The notes beneath the pieces are model-generated. The model was not told the DNA's origin and ran no database searches. It was given only the letters and a program-made list of their open reading frames with translations. DNA of 64,000 nt. Source: Candidatus Eremiobacteria bacterium. Its GTDB lineage: Bacteria > Vulcanimicrobiota > Vulcanimicrobiia > Vulcanimicrobiales > Vulcanimicrobiaceae. Within the stretch, counting starts at the first letter, position 1; the number at the start of each line of letters is the position of its first letter. The translations under genes were made by a program, and so were the position numbers. The stretch lies in the NCBI GenBank assembly GCA_963758295.1, contig CAVWUU010000004.1:832001-896000 (forward strand). The letters run 5' to 3'. This document shows positions 10,776 to 20,812 of this stretch, piece after piece.

Positions 10776-11606
10776 TTAAACGGCCACCTCGTACTCGCGA
10801 AGCACGGCGTTGAGCGACGTTTTTCGATCTGTGGCCTCGCTGCGGGTTCCGATGATGAGCGCGCACGGAACGCCGTACTCTCCGGCGGGGAAATGTTTCG
10901 GGATAGTCCCCGGAATCACGACGGCGCGAGCCGGGATCACGCCTTTTGTCGTAACGGCTTCGCTCTGGCGAACGTCGACGACCGGCGTACTCGCCGTCAA
11001 AACGACGCCCGCGCCAAGCACGGCTTCACGTTCCACACGCACGCCTTCCACGACGATGCAACGCGAGCCGACGAACGCGCCGTCTTCTACGATCACCGGT
11101 GAAGCTTGCGGCGGTTCCAAAACGCCGCCGATGCCCACGCCGCCGGAAAGATGCACGCCTTTGCCGATCTGCGCGCATGACCCGACGGTCGCCCACGTGT
11201 CGATCATGCTTCCTTCGTCTACGTAAGCGCCGATATTCACGTAGCCCGGCATCAGGATCACGCCGCGTCCGAGAAAGCTGCCGTAACGAGCGACACCGGG
11301 AGGCACGGCTCGCACGCCAAGCGCGTCGTAATTCCGTTTGACGGCAAGCTTATCGTAGAAAGCGAGCGCATCGCGCGACGGATCGCCGACCCATTGGAGA
11401 TTGCAACGTTGAAAATAGAGTAAGATCGCCTGCTTCACCCAGGCGTTTGTTTTCCAGGTACCGTCCGCACCAGGCTCCGCGACGCGGACGCGTCCTTCGT
11501 CCAATGCCGCAATAACTTCGTCGACTGCGCGTCCTTCAGAACCGCGAACGTCGCCGTTGCCGGCTGCAAGCGCTTCGATCTGCGCGCGAACTTCACCGAT
11601 GTCCAT
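10776..11606 (-). CDS. dapD: Tetrahydrodipicolinate N-succinyltransferase
   Basis: WVKQAILLYF, VNIGAYVDEGSMIDTWATVGSCAQIG, GGVLEP. Confidence 0.95.
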   Translation of the reverse strand: MDIGEVRAQIEALAAGNGDVRGSEGRAVDEVIAALDEGRVRVAEPGADGTWKTNAWVKQAILLYFQRCNLQWVGDPSRDALAFYDKLAVKRNYDALGVRAVPPGVARYGSFLGRGVILMPGYVNIGAYVDEGSMIDTWATVGSCAQIGKGVHLSGGVGIGGVLEPPQASPVIVEDGAFVGSRCIVVEGVRVEREAVLGAGVVLTASTPVVDVRQSEAVTTKGVIPARAVVIPGTIPKHFPAGEYGVPCALIIGTRSEATDRKTSLNAVLREYEVAV

Positions 11607-11804
11607 GCCGGGCGTACCGTTACGCTTCAACGAAGCCGCAATCATCCTCACGCGTGCTTATCAGCCCTAATCCATTGATAATGCATCCTCGGGCATATTG
11701 CGGGGGTAAGAGTTACTAGAACGAAGGCGAATACCGCTTGTCCCCACCGGGGAAGCATAGTCGCCTCCGACACCGTAATTGCGCGCCATTCGTAAGGAGC
11801 TGCC

Positions 11805-13799
11805 GTGCCGAATTCGCCGGTCGACGAGAAACGCATCAATGCTATTCGATTTCTTGCCGTTGACGCCGTACAAAAAGCCAACTCCGGTCACCCCGGAATG
11901 CCGCTCGGCGCAGCCGCCATGGCGTACACGCTCTGGAGCCGCCACTTAAAATTCAACGCCGCCGACCCGCACTGGTTCGATCGCGACCGGTTCGTGCTTT
12001 CGGCCGGTCACGGGTCCATGCTTTTGTACGCGCTGCTGTATCTCACGGGCTACGGCCTAACGCTCGATGACTTGAAGAATTTCCGGCAGCTTGGCAGCAA
12101 GACTCCCGGACACCCGGAAGTCGGCCATGCGCCCGGCGTCGAGGCAACCACCGGCCCGCTTGGCCAGGGCATCGGCAACGCCCTCGGCATGGCGATCGCC
12201 GAGGCTCACCTGCGCGCCACCTACGGCGAGGAAATTTGCGACCACTTCACCTACGCGGTTTGCGGCGACGGTGACTTAATGGAAGGCATCAGCCAGGAAG
12301 CCGTCTCGCTCGCCGGCCATTTGAAGCTTGGCAAGCTCATCGTGCTTTACGACGACAACCTTGTCTCGCTCGCGGGGCCGACCGACGTAACGCTTACCGA
12401 CGACGCGTGCGCCCGGTTCGAAGCCAGCGGCTGGCACACACAGCTTGTAGACGTCACGCATGCGAACGACGTCGACGCGCTCGACCAGGCAATCCAAGTT
12501 GCAAAGAACGTTACCGACCGCCCGTCGATGATCGCCGTGCGAACGCATATCGGCTTCGGGTCGCCGCTGCAAGACTCGTTCAAGGCGCACGGTGAACCGC
12601 TCGGACCGGACAACGTCAAGAAGACGAAAGAAGAACTGGGCTGGCCCTCGGAACCCGACTTCTACGTTCCCGACGACGTCTTGAAATTCTATCGCGAGTT
12701 GGGGCGCAAAGGTGCCGAAGCGCAGAAGCAGTGGCAGCAAGGGTTCGAAAAATGGCAAAGCGCCAACGGCGACCTTGCGAAGCGACTCTTGCGCGCGTTA
12801 GACGGAAAGCTTCCCGCGAGTTTGCCGTGGCCCGAGTTTACCGCGGAAAACGGGAACGTAGCGACACGCGATGCCGGCGGCACGGTGATGAACGCCATCG
12901 CGGCCGCGCTTCCCGAGCTAGTCGGCGGTTCGGCGGATCTCGATCCGTCGACGAAGACGTACTTGAAAGGCCAGGGCGACTTCGAACCCAACAATTACGC
13001 CGGCCGCAACGTTCATTACGGCGTTCGCGAGCACGGCATGGCCGCGGCGACCAACGGCATCGCGCTTCACGGCGGCTTGATGCCTTTCTGCGCAACCTTT
13101 TTCAACTTCGTCGATTACATGAAGCCGTCGGTGCGTTTAGCGGCGCTCAGCGAATTACACGCGATCTTCGTCTTTACCCACGACTCGGTTTTCCTCGGCG
13201 AGGACGGACCGACGCACGAACCAATCGAACAACTCGCGATGCTCCGCGCAACGCCGCGCGTGAACGTCATGCGTCCGGCGGACGCGCTTGAAACACTCGA
13301 GGCGTGGAAGGTCGCGATAGATCCGCACAGCGGCTGTCCCTGGGCGCTGGTGTTGACGCGACAGAAGGTTCCGTTCCTCGGGAAACGTGAGGCGCGCGTG
13401 GACAAAGGCGCGTACGTTATCGCCGATTGCGAAGGCACACCCGATCTGTTGTTGCTTGCAACCGGCTCGGAAGTCGCGCTCGCGATCGATGCAAAGAAGA
13501 TTCTCGACGGGCAAGGAGTGCGCACGCGGGTCGTATCGATGCCATGTTGGGAACTCTTCGAGCAACAAGATCAACAGTATAAGGACGAAGTGCTTCCGCC
13601 GAACGTCACCGCTCGCATGTCCATAGAAGCCGCCGCAACCTTCGGTTGGGAAAAATGGGTAGGCGATCGCGGGTACGCATTCGGCATCGACCATTTCGGC
13701 CGTTCCGCGCCGGCGGCGAAAATCGCCGAAGCCTTGGGCTTTACGGCTGACAATATCGCCAAACTGGCGCTCGAAAAGTTTGCTCTCATCAGTCGCTAG
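11805..13799 (+). CDS. tkt: Transketolase
   Basis: SGHPGMPLG, GDGDLMEG, GEDGPTH. RBS AAGGAG. Confidence 0.97.
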   Translation: MPNSPVDEKRINAIRFLAVDAVQKANSGHPGMPLGAAAMAYTLWSRHLKFNAADPHWFDRDRFVLSAGHGSMLLYALLYLTGYGLTLDDLKNFRQLGSKTPGHPEVGHAPGVEATTGPLGQGIGNALGMAIAEAHLRATYGEEICDHFTYAVCGDGDLMEGISQEAVSLAGHLKLGKLIVLYDDNLVSLAGPTDVTLTDDACARFEASGWHTQLVDVTHANDVDALDQAIQVAKNVTDRPSMIAVRTHIGFGSPLQDSFKAHGEPLGPDNVKKTKEELGWPSEPDFYVPDDVLKFYRELGRKGAEAQKQWQQGFEKWQSANGDLAKRLLRALDGKLPASLPWPEFTAENGNVATRDAGGTVMNAIAAALPELVGGSADLDPSTKTYLKGQGDFEPNNYAGRNVHYGVREHGMAAATNGIALHGGLMPFCATFFNFVDYMKPSVRLAALSELHAIFVFTHDSVFLGEDGPTHEPIEQLAMLRATPRVNVMRPADALETLEAWKVAIDPHSGCPWALVLTRQKVPFLGKREARVDKGAYVIADCEGTPDLLLLATGSEVALAIDAKKILDGQGVRTRVVSMPCWELFEQQDQQYKDEVLPPNVTARMSIEAAATFGWEKWVGDRGYAFGIDHFGRSAPAAKIAEALGFTADNIAKLALEKFALISR

Positions 13800-13808
13800 G
13801 AGATAGTA

Positions 13809-16646
13809 GTGGAAAACCAGCTCAAACAACTGCTCGACGACGGCCAAAGCGTATGGCTGGACAATTTGCGCCGTAGCATGTTCGCCTCCGGCGAGTTAAA
13901 GCGGCTGATCGATCAAGGCTTGCGCGGAATGACAAGCAACCCGTCGATATTCGAAAAAGCGATCGGTACGGGCGACGATTACGACGAACAGCTCCGGTCC
14001 CTGATCGACGAAGGCATGGGCGCAGATGACCTGTTCTGGGAGCTCGCCGTTCGCGACATCCAAAGTGCTTGCGACGCCTTCAAAGGAGTCTATGACTCCT
14101 CGGGCGGCAACGACGGGTTCGTCAGTTTAGAAGTTTCGCCGCTGCTCGCAAACGACACCGATGGAACGATCGCGATGGCGAAAGAGCTGTGGCAGCGCGT
14201 CGATCGTCCAAACTTGATGGTGAAAATCCCCGGTACGAACGCCGGCGTCCCCGCCATCGAAGAATGCATCTACGCGGGCCTCAACATCAACGTTACGCTC
14301 GTCTTTTCCATCGAAATGTACGAAAAAACGGCGCGTGCGTACACGAAGGGCTTGGAGCGGCGCATCGCCGAGGGCAAACCCGTCGATCGCATTCGTTCCG
14401 TCAATTCCGTGTTCGTGAGCCGTATCGACAGCGCGGTCGACAAGCTAATCCAAGCGCGCATCGATAAAGGCGAAACGCTGGAGCAGTTGCTGGGCAAAGC
14501 CGGCGTTGCGAATCTGAAGCTGACGTATCAGAAATTCCGCGAGCTCTTCCAGGGCGGTGAATTCTCGAAGGCTCGCAACGCGGGCGCTTCGGTTCAGCGC
14601 CCCCTATGGGCCAGCACGTCGACGAAAAATCCGGCGTATCCCGATCTGATGTACGTGGAGACCGTCGTCGGCCGCGACACCGTAAATACCATGCCGCCCG
14701 CGACGCTGGACGCGCTGATGGATCACGGCAAAGTAGTGCCCGACACCGTGGAGCAAGGCGTGGACGAGGCGCGCGATCTCATGAAGGCGCTCCAGGACGC
14801 CGGCATCTCTTTCTTCGAGATAACGCATCAGCTGCAACTTGAGGGCGTCAAACTTTTCGCCGATTCGTGGGGCGCGCTGCTTGGGGCGATCGTCTACAAA
14901 CAGAAACAGCTCGCATCGGGCGCGGAGCGAATCGCGATGCACCTCGGCAAACATCAGGACGCGTACGAGCAGGCACTGGACAAACTTGCCAAAGCCGATT
15001 TCTTGAAGAAGCTCTGGGCTAAGGATCCATCGCCGTGGTCCAGCGATCCGCAGGCCGCCGACATCATCAAACACGCGTTGGGCTGGCTGACGATTCCGCA
15101 GCAGATGCTCGAAGAAGTGAACGACCTGAACGCTTGCGCGCTGGAAATTGCGCGGGAGTTCGAGCATGTCGTTGTCCTCGGCATGGGCGGAAGTTCCCTC
15201 GCACCCGACATACTGGCCGAGACGTTCGGGCAGGTCGACGATTTCCCGAAACTCCACGTTCTCGATTCTACCGACCCGCAACAGATTCAGGAACTCGACG
15301 AAGCAATCGACATCGATCGGACGCTCTTCATCGTTGCGAGCAAGAGCGGCACGACGACCGAACCCAACGCGTACTTTGCGTACTACTACGAGAAAGTCGC
15401 GAAACGAGTCGGCTCGGTGAAAGCGGGTTCCCAATTCGTCGCCATCACCGACCCGGGGACGAAAATGGTTGACGTAGCGACGGAACACAAATTCCGGCGC
15501 ATTTATAAAAACGATCCGAATATCGGCGGCAGATACTCGGCGCTCTCGTTTTTCGGAATGGTCCCGGCGGCGTTTGCGGGCCTTGACGTGAACCTGCTGC
15601 TCGACCGCGGGCTGGGCGCGATGCATGCCGACGACAAAATCGTCGATCCACACATCGCCCCGGGCGTGCGCTTCGGTGCAGCGATCGGCGGGTTAGCCGT
15701 GAACGGCCGCGACAAACTCACGATTCTTACGCATACGGACGTGGCTGCATTCGGCGCGTGGGCCGAACAGCTGATTGCGGAATCCACCGGCAAACAAGGC
15801 CGCGGCATCATCCCGATCGAGGGCGAAGAACTCGGAAAGCCCGAGGACTACGGCGACGATCGCGTGTTCGTTTACGTCGGAGCGAATCTGCCCGATCCCG
15901 CGCCGGGCGTCGAAGAGAAACTCGCTGCACTGGAAGCGGCGGGGCATCCCGTTATCCGCCTTGCGATGAACGATCAATACGATCTCGGCGAACAATTCTA
16001 TCTTTGGGAGATCGCAACGTCGGCGGCCGGATCGATCCTCGGCATCAACGCGTTTGATCAGCCGAATGTCCAAGAATCTAAGGACAACACGAAAGCGCTG
16101 ATGGAACAGTACCAGCAAACCGGGCGCATGGACGAACCGCAGGCAAACGTCGAAGGGCCGTTGTTCGACATCACGTTCCTTGCCGGAAGCAAGTCGATTC
16201 AGGCAAAGGACACCACCCAGGCGCTGGCGTCTTTGTTCGGTCAAGTGAAGCAGGGCGACTACGTCGCGATCTGCGCGTACATCGCACGCAACGCCGAACA
16301 CGTAAAAATCCTCGACGACTTGCGTCTGCGCATTCGCAATGCGGACGACGTGGCTACGACCGTTGGATTCGGGCCACGCTTCCTCCACTCGACGGGACAG
16401 TTGCATAAAGGCGGTCCCGACAAAGCCGTGATGGTTCAAATAACCGGCGACGAGCCCAACGATCCAGCAGTCCCGGGCATGAACGCCGGCTTCCGAACGC
16501 TTCTTGCGGCACAGGCACTCGGCGACTGGCAGTCGCTCGAGAAGCGCAACCGGCGCGGCGTGCGCATTCACCTCAAAGGAGACATCGACACTGCGTTACG
16601 CGCGCTCATCGGCGCCGTTGACGACGCGCTGACGGCGGGCGTCTAA
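13809..16646 (+). CDS. Bifunctional transaldolase / phosphoglucose isomerase
   Basis: N-half GMTSNPSIF and RPLWASTSTK. C-half GMGGSSL, SKSGTT, GGRYS, AESTGK, FDQPNVQESK. Confidence 0.93.
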   Translation: MENQLKQLLDDGQSVWLDNLRRSMFASGELKRLIDQGLRGMTSNPSIFEKAIGTGDDYDEQLRSLIDEGMGADDLFWELAVRDIQSACDAFKGVYDSSGGNDGFVSLEVSPLLANDTDGTIAMAKELWQRVDRPNLMVKIPGTNAGVPAIEECIYAGLNINVTLVFSIEMYEKTARAYTKGLERRIAEGKPVDRIRSVNSVFVSRIDSAVDKLIQARIDKGETLEQLLGKAGVANLKLTYQKFRELFQGGEFSKARNAGASVQRPLWASTSTKNPAYPDLMYVETVVGRDTVNTMPPATLDALMDHGKVVPDTVEQGVDEARDLMKALQDAGISFFEITHQLQLEGVKLFADSWGALLGAIVYKQKQLASGAERIAMHLGKHQDAYEQALDKLAKADFLKKLWAKDPSPWSSDPQAADIIKHALGWLTIPQQMLEEVNDLNACALEIAREFEHVVVLGMGGSSLAPDILAETFGQVDDFPKLHVLDSTDPQQIQELDEAIDIDRTLFIVASKSGTTTEPNAYFAYYYEKVAKRVGSVKAGSQFVAITDPGTKMVDVATEHKFRRIYKNDPNIGGRYSALSFFGMVPAAFAGLDVNLLLDRGLGAMHADDKIVDPHIAPGVRFGAAIGGLAVNGRDKLTILTHTDVAAFGAWAEQLIAESTGKQGRGIIPIEGEELGKPEDYGDDRVFVYVGANLPDPAPGVEEKLAALEAAGHPVIRLAMNDQYDLGEQFYLWEIATSAAGSILGINAFDQPNVQESKDNTKALMEQYQQTGRMDEPQANVEGPLFDITFLAGSKSIQAKDTTQALASLFGQVKQGDYVAICAYIARNAEHVKILDDLRLRIRNADDVATTVGFGPRFLHSTGQLHKGGPDKAVMVQITGDEPNDPAVPGMNAGFRTLLAAQALGDWQSLEKRNRRGVRIHLKGDIDTALRALIGAVDDALTAGV

Positions 16647-16647
16647 A

Positions 16648-17553
16648 ATGCAGTTAGGCATGGTCGGGCTCGGAAAAATGGGTGCGAACATGACGACGCG
16701 CCTGCTGCAAGGCGGGCACAGCGTCGTCGTTTACGACCGCAGCGCGGACGCGATTCAAGCCTCCGCGGCGGGCGGCGCTTCGCCGTCGAAAAGCCTTAGC
16801 GATCTCGTTGGGCAGCTCAGCTCACCGAAGGTCGTGTGGATCATGGTTCCGTCGGGACGGCCAACCGATGACACCATCGACGAACTGCTCGGAGTTTTGA
16901 AAAACGGCGACGTCATCATCGATGGCGGAAACACCAATTGGCGCGATGGCCTCGCCGCGTACGATCGCTGCAAAGCCAAGGGTGTGCATTTAATCGACGC
17001 CGGCACGTCGGGCGGCGTTTGGGGACTGAAAGAAGGCTACTGTTTGATGGTCGGCGGGGACGACGGCGCCGTGAAACGGTGTGAACCGATCTTTAAAACG
17101 CTCGCTCCGGAAGACGGATACGCGCACGTTGGTCCGGCCGGCGCAGGACACTTTTCGAAGATGGTCCACAATGGAGTCGAGTACGGACTCATGCAAGCCT
17201 ACGGCGAGGGCTTCGAAATTCTGGAGAAGTCGCAATTCGATTTCGACTTGACGCAGATTGCCAATCTTTGGCGTCACGGCAGCGTCGTCCGTTCGTGGCT
17301 GCTGGATCTCGCCGCGCTTGCCTTCGAAGCCGACCCGGGATTGAAGAGCATCCGTGGCTACGTGGAAGATACCGGCGAAGGGCGATGGACGGTGCAGGCG
17401 GCGATCGACGAAAACGTTCCCGCTCCCGTTATCACGCTTTCGCTTCTCGCGCGCTTCACTTCGCGGCAAGACGAATCGTTTAGCGCCAAAGTTACCGCCG
17501 CGCTGCGAAACCAATTCGGCGGTCACGCCGTAAAATCGGAGCCTCATGGCTGA
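16648..17553 (+). CDS. gnd: 6-phosphogluconate dehydrogenase (short decarboxylating type)
   Basis: GLGKMG, DGGN, KMVHNGVEY, LRNQFGGH. Confidence 0.96.
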   Translation: MQLGMVGLGKMGANMTTRLLQGGHSVVVYDRSADAIQASAAGGASPSKSLSDLVGQLSSPKVVWIMVPSGRPTDDTIDELLGVLKNGDVIIDGGNTNWRDGLAAYDRCKAKGVHLIDAGTSGGVWGLKEGYCLMVGGDDGAVKRCEPIFKTLAPEDGYAHVGPAGAGHFSKMVHNGVEYGLMQAYGEGFEILEKSQFDFDLTQIANLWRHGSVVRSWLLDLAALAFEADPGLKSIRGYVEDTGEGRWTVQAAIDENVPAPVITLSLLARFTSRQDESFSAKVTAALRNQFGGHAVKSEPHG

Positions 17554-19102
17554 AAGTACCGCTACCATCGGCGTAGACGGCAAACAAAGCAATCCCCTTC
17601 GCGCTGGGCTGCAATCCGACCGCGTCACCGATCCATGCAGCGTCGTGTTTTTCGGCGCCAGCGGCGATTTGTTCAAGCGAATGCTTCTGCCGGCAATGTA
17701 CGCGTTGCGGCTGGACGGAATTCTTCCGAACGACTTCGCGATCGTCGGCTTCTCCCGGTCGGCTTATACCGACGAAGAATTTCGCGAGTACTGCAAGCAG
17801 CAGCTCGACGAATTTTCACCGGACGAGCGCAACCCGCAAGGCGCCATTTGGGACGATTTCGCAAAACGCATCAGCTACATCAGCGCGGATTTCAACGACA
17901 CGAACTCCTACCTCGCGTTGAAGAAACGGCTGGAAGAAAATGACGACCAGTTGGGGACGAAGGCCAACCGGCTCTTCTACCTCTCGACGCCCCCGTCCGT
18001 CTTTCCGATCATCATCGATCACCTGAAGGCCGCGGACCTCGATCCGCGGACCAACGACCGGGGCTGGTCTCGGGTTATCGTCGAGAAGCCGTTCGGCACC
18101 GATTTGCAATCGGCACGCGCGCTACAGCAAACCGTCGACCGCGTGTTCCGTGAAACGGAAGTCTATCGCATCGACCACTACCTTGGCAAAGAGCCGGTCC
18201 AGGACATCATGGCTCTTCGCTTCGCGAACACGATCTTCGAGCCGGTATGGAATCGCAACTACGTTCAGTCGATTCAAATTACCGCATCAGAGCAGCTTGG
18301 CGTCGAATTGCGCGGCGGCTACTACGATAATGCCGGCGCACTGCGCGACATGATCCAGAACCACGTTATGAATCTGCTTGCACTCGTTGCGATGGAACCG
18401 CCGGCCAACGCCGATGCCGACGCCATCCGCAGCGAGAAGTACAAAGTTTTTTCCTCCATCGTCCCACCGATGCATGCCGATGTTGCGAACATGGCGGTCC
18501 GCGGCCAGTATGGCGCCGGGAGCATCAACGGAAAACCCGTGCCTGCATATCGCGACGAACCCGACGTTGCGAAGAACTCGAACACCGAAACGTACGCCGC
18601 CGTTCGCTTGTACGTCGAGAGTTGGCGATGGGCCGGCGTGCCGTTCTACCTTCGCTCCGGCAAACGGCTTGCTCGCAAGATGTCGGAAATAGCCGTCACG
18701 TTCAAACCGATCCCGCACCGCTTCTACGGCGATGCGAGCGACAAGATCGAACCGAACGCGCTGGTTATCAAAATTCAACCCGACGAAGGCGTGGCGATGC
18801 GCTTCTCCGCAAAAGTTCCGGGACCGAAGAGCCACATCCGAAGCGTTTTCATGGACTTCAACTACGGCAGCGGCTTCGGCGTGCAGTCGCCGCCCGCGTA
18901 CGAACGGCTCATCGCCGATGCGATGCGCGGCGATCAAACGCTGTTTACGCGTTGGGACGCGGTCGAACGCGCCTGGGAAGTCGTAACGCCGATTCTCGAC
19001 GTGTGGCAAAACACGAAAGACTTCACCTTTCCGAACTATGCCGCCGGGACTCAAGGCCCCGAACTCGCAAACCGGCTCTTCCCGGATTGGCGGCCGCTGT
19101 GA
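17546..19102 (+). CDS. zwf: Glucose-6-phosphate 1-dehydrogenase
   Basis: GASGDL, EKPFG, RIDHYLGKE. Confidence 0.97.
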   Translation: MAESTATIGVDGKQSNPLRAGLQSDRVTDPCSVVFFGASGDLFKRMLLPAMYALRLDGILPNDFAIVGFSRSAYTDEEFREYCKQQLDEFSPDERNPQGAIWDDFAKRISYISADFNDTNSYLALKKRLEENDDQLGTKANRLFYLSTPPSVFPIIIDHLKAADLDPRTNDRGWSRVIVEKPFGTDLQSARALQQTVDRVFRETEVYRIDHYLGKEPVQDIMALRFANTIFEPVWNRNYVQSIQITASEQLGVELRGGYYDNAGALRDMIQNHVMNLLALVAMEPPANADADAIRSEKYKVFSSIVPPMHADVANMAVRGQYGAGSINGKPVPAYRDEPDVAKNSNTETYAAVRLYVESWRWAGVPFYLRSGKRLARKMSEIAVTFKPIPHRFYGDASDKIEPNALVIKIQPDEGVAMRFSAKVPGPKSHIRSVFMDFNYGSGFGVQSPPAYERLIADAMRGDQTLFTRWDAVERAWEVVTPILDVWQNTKDFTFPNYAAGTQGPELANRLFPDWRPL

Positions 19103-20076
19103 GCCTGGACGTTCACCCGTTGCTCGACGAGCTGCAGCAAGCGCGTCAGGCCAACGAGCCCAATGCGGCGACGATGACGTTCCTCGTTTACTTCGACGAG
19201 CCGTCGATCGCATCGTGGATTCGGGAACGCACGCGGCTTATCGTCGACAAACATCCCTCCCGCGTTGTTGTCTTCGACGGCTCGCAAGGCTCCGGCGCGG
19301 GGCACATCGAGACCGGCGTTCCACGCGGAGAATGGATCGAGCTGGGTGTTCGCGGCGCAAATTCCGCCGAACTTTCCGCCGCGCTTTCCGAGCTTTCGCT
19401 TTCGGAAGCGCCGATCGTCATGGCCTGGATCGCCTCACGCATCGCTCACGACGACCGTTTCGCTACGTTAGCGCGCCGGGTTCAGGCGGCTATCTGCAAC
19501 AGCTCGGTGCTTGAAACGGGATCGCAGCCGCAGCGCGACCTCATTCGCTTCGTGGAAGCTCATCCGGAGATCCGGGTGCAAGACCTCGCGTATCTTCGCC
19601 TTTCCGGCTGGCAAGATATCATTGCCGATTTCTTCGACAAACGCGAAGCGATGGACGAACTTTTCCAACTTCGCAGCGTCGAAATCACCGCCGGCTCCGA
19701 AGCTGAAGCCTATTACCTTTTGGGATGGCTTGCCAGCCGTCTCGAGTGGAAGCCCTGCGGCCGCAACGAAATGTGCAATCGCGATGGAGCGGTCATTTCG
19801 TTCAAGATCAATCGCGAAGGACCGCCGCGCCGGCTTCAGCGCGTAGTGTTGCGCAGCGAACACACCACCTTCTCGGGTGAAGTTTTCGAAGAAGACCCGA
19901 ACGCCGTTTGCCTAGAGGCAACGGGCGCGGCGCCGCAAGAGCGCCGGTGTGCTCCGGTCTTTGGTCTGGAGGTCGCTTCGCTCGTGGAACGCGCGATTCT
20001 GCAGAACTCGCCCGACCTTGTGTTTTTGGAAACGATCGAGATGACTAGGCAGATCATCGATTTACAGGAAGAGTAA
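19099..20076 (+). CDS. opcA: G6PDH assembly protein OpcA
   Basis: HPSRVV, DLAYLRL..W, LLGWLASRLEW. GTGA overlap with zwf. Confidence 0.85.
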   Translation: MSLDVHPLLDELQQARQANEPNAATMTFLVYFDEPSIASWIRERTRLIVDKHPSRVVVFDGSQGSGAGHIETGVPRGEWIELGVRGANSAELSAALSELSLSEAPIVMAWIASRIAHDDRFATLARRVQAAICNSSVLETGSQPQRDLIRFVEAHPEIRVQDLAYLRLSGWQDIIADFFDKREAMDELFQLRSVEITAGSEAEAYYLLGWLASRLEWKPCGRNEMCNRDGAVISFKINREGPPRRLQRVVLRSEHTTFSGEVFEEDPNAVCLEATGAAPQERRCAPVFGLEVASLVERAILQNSPDLVFLETIEMTRQIIDLQEE

Positions 20077-20077
20077 C

Positions 20078-20812
20078 ATGTCTTCCGAGGTTCGCGTATA
20101 TCCCGACGCCGCCGCGGTCGCTCACGCGCTGGCTGAGCTTTTCGTGGAAAGCGCCAAAGACGCAGTCGCCAAACGCGGGATGTTTTCGGTTGCGCTGGCG
20201 GGCGGTACGACGCCGAAAGCGGCATATCAACTTCTTGGAGCGCCACCGCTCTCCAATGCGCTCGACTGGAGCAAAGTTCAAGTCTTTTTCGGCGACGAAC
20301 GGTGCGTGCCGCCCGAAGACGACCGCTCCAATTACAAGATGGCGCACGGAGCGTTTCTGGAACCGGCCGGCATTCCGGCGGCAAACGTTCATCGCATGCG
20401 CGGCGAGGAAGATCCGGAAACGGCCGCGGCCCAGTATCGGCAAGAGCTTCTTGACGTCTTGGGCGAGCGTCCTCGCTTCGATTTGGTCATGCTGGGGATG
20501 GGCAACGACGGGCACACCGCATCGCTCTTTCCCGGTGCCGATCCGCTTACGGCCGACGACAAGCTCGTACGCGCGGTCTATTCCGAATCGCAGAAGCAAT
20601 GGCGCGTGACGCTTACACCGAGGGCGATCAACGCGGCGCGGCGCGTCGTCTTTGCCGTCGAAGGCGCGGCCAAGGCGCAAACGCTTGCGCTTGTCCGTGA
20701 AGGACCGCGCAATCCTACGCAGTTCCCGTCGCAAATCGTTTCGCCCGACCAGGGCGCGCTTATTTGGCTTGTCGATCGAGCCGCAGCCGGCGGTTCGGAT
20801 AGTCTATCGTAA
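20078..20812 (+). CDS. pgl: 6-phosphogluconolactonase
   Basis: ALAGGTTP, GDERCVP, LGMGNDGHTASLFP. Confidence 0.96.
   Translation: MSSEVRVYPDAAAVAHALAELFVESAKDAVAKRGMFSVALAGGTTPKAAYQLLGAPPLSNALDWSKVQVFFGDERCVPPEDDRSNYKMAHGAFLEPAGIPAANVHRMRGEEDPETAAAQYRQELLDVLGERPRFDLVMLGMGNDGHTASLFPGADPLTADDKLVRAVYSESQKQWRVTLTPRAINAARRVVFAVEGAAKAQTLALVREGPRNPTQFPSQIVSPDQGALIWLVDRAAAGGSDSLS

Noticed and set aside
18622..19098. N-terminal extensions given by the ORF track (opcA, ftcD, hutI, hutU, tetR, mtnC)
   Set aside because: They overlap upstream genes or lack family similarity. Downstream starts with stop/start coupling fit better.
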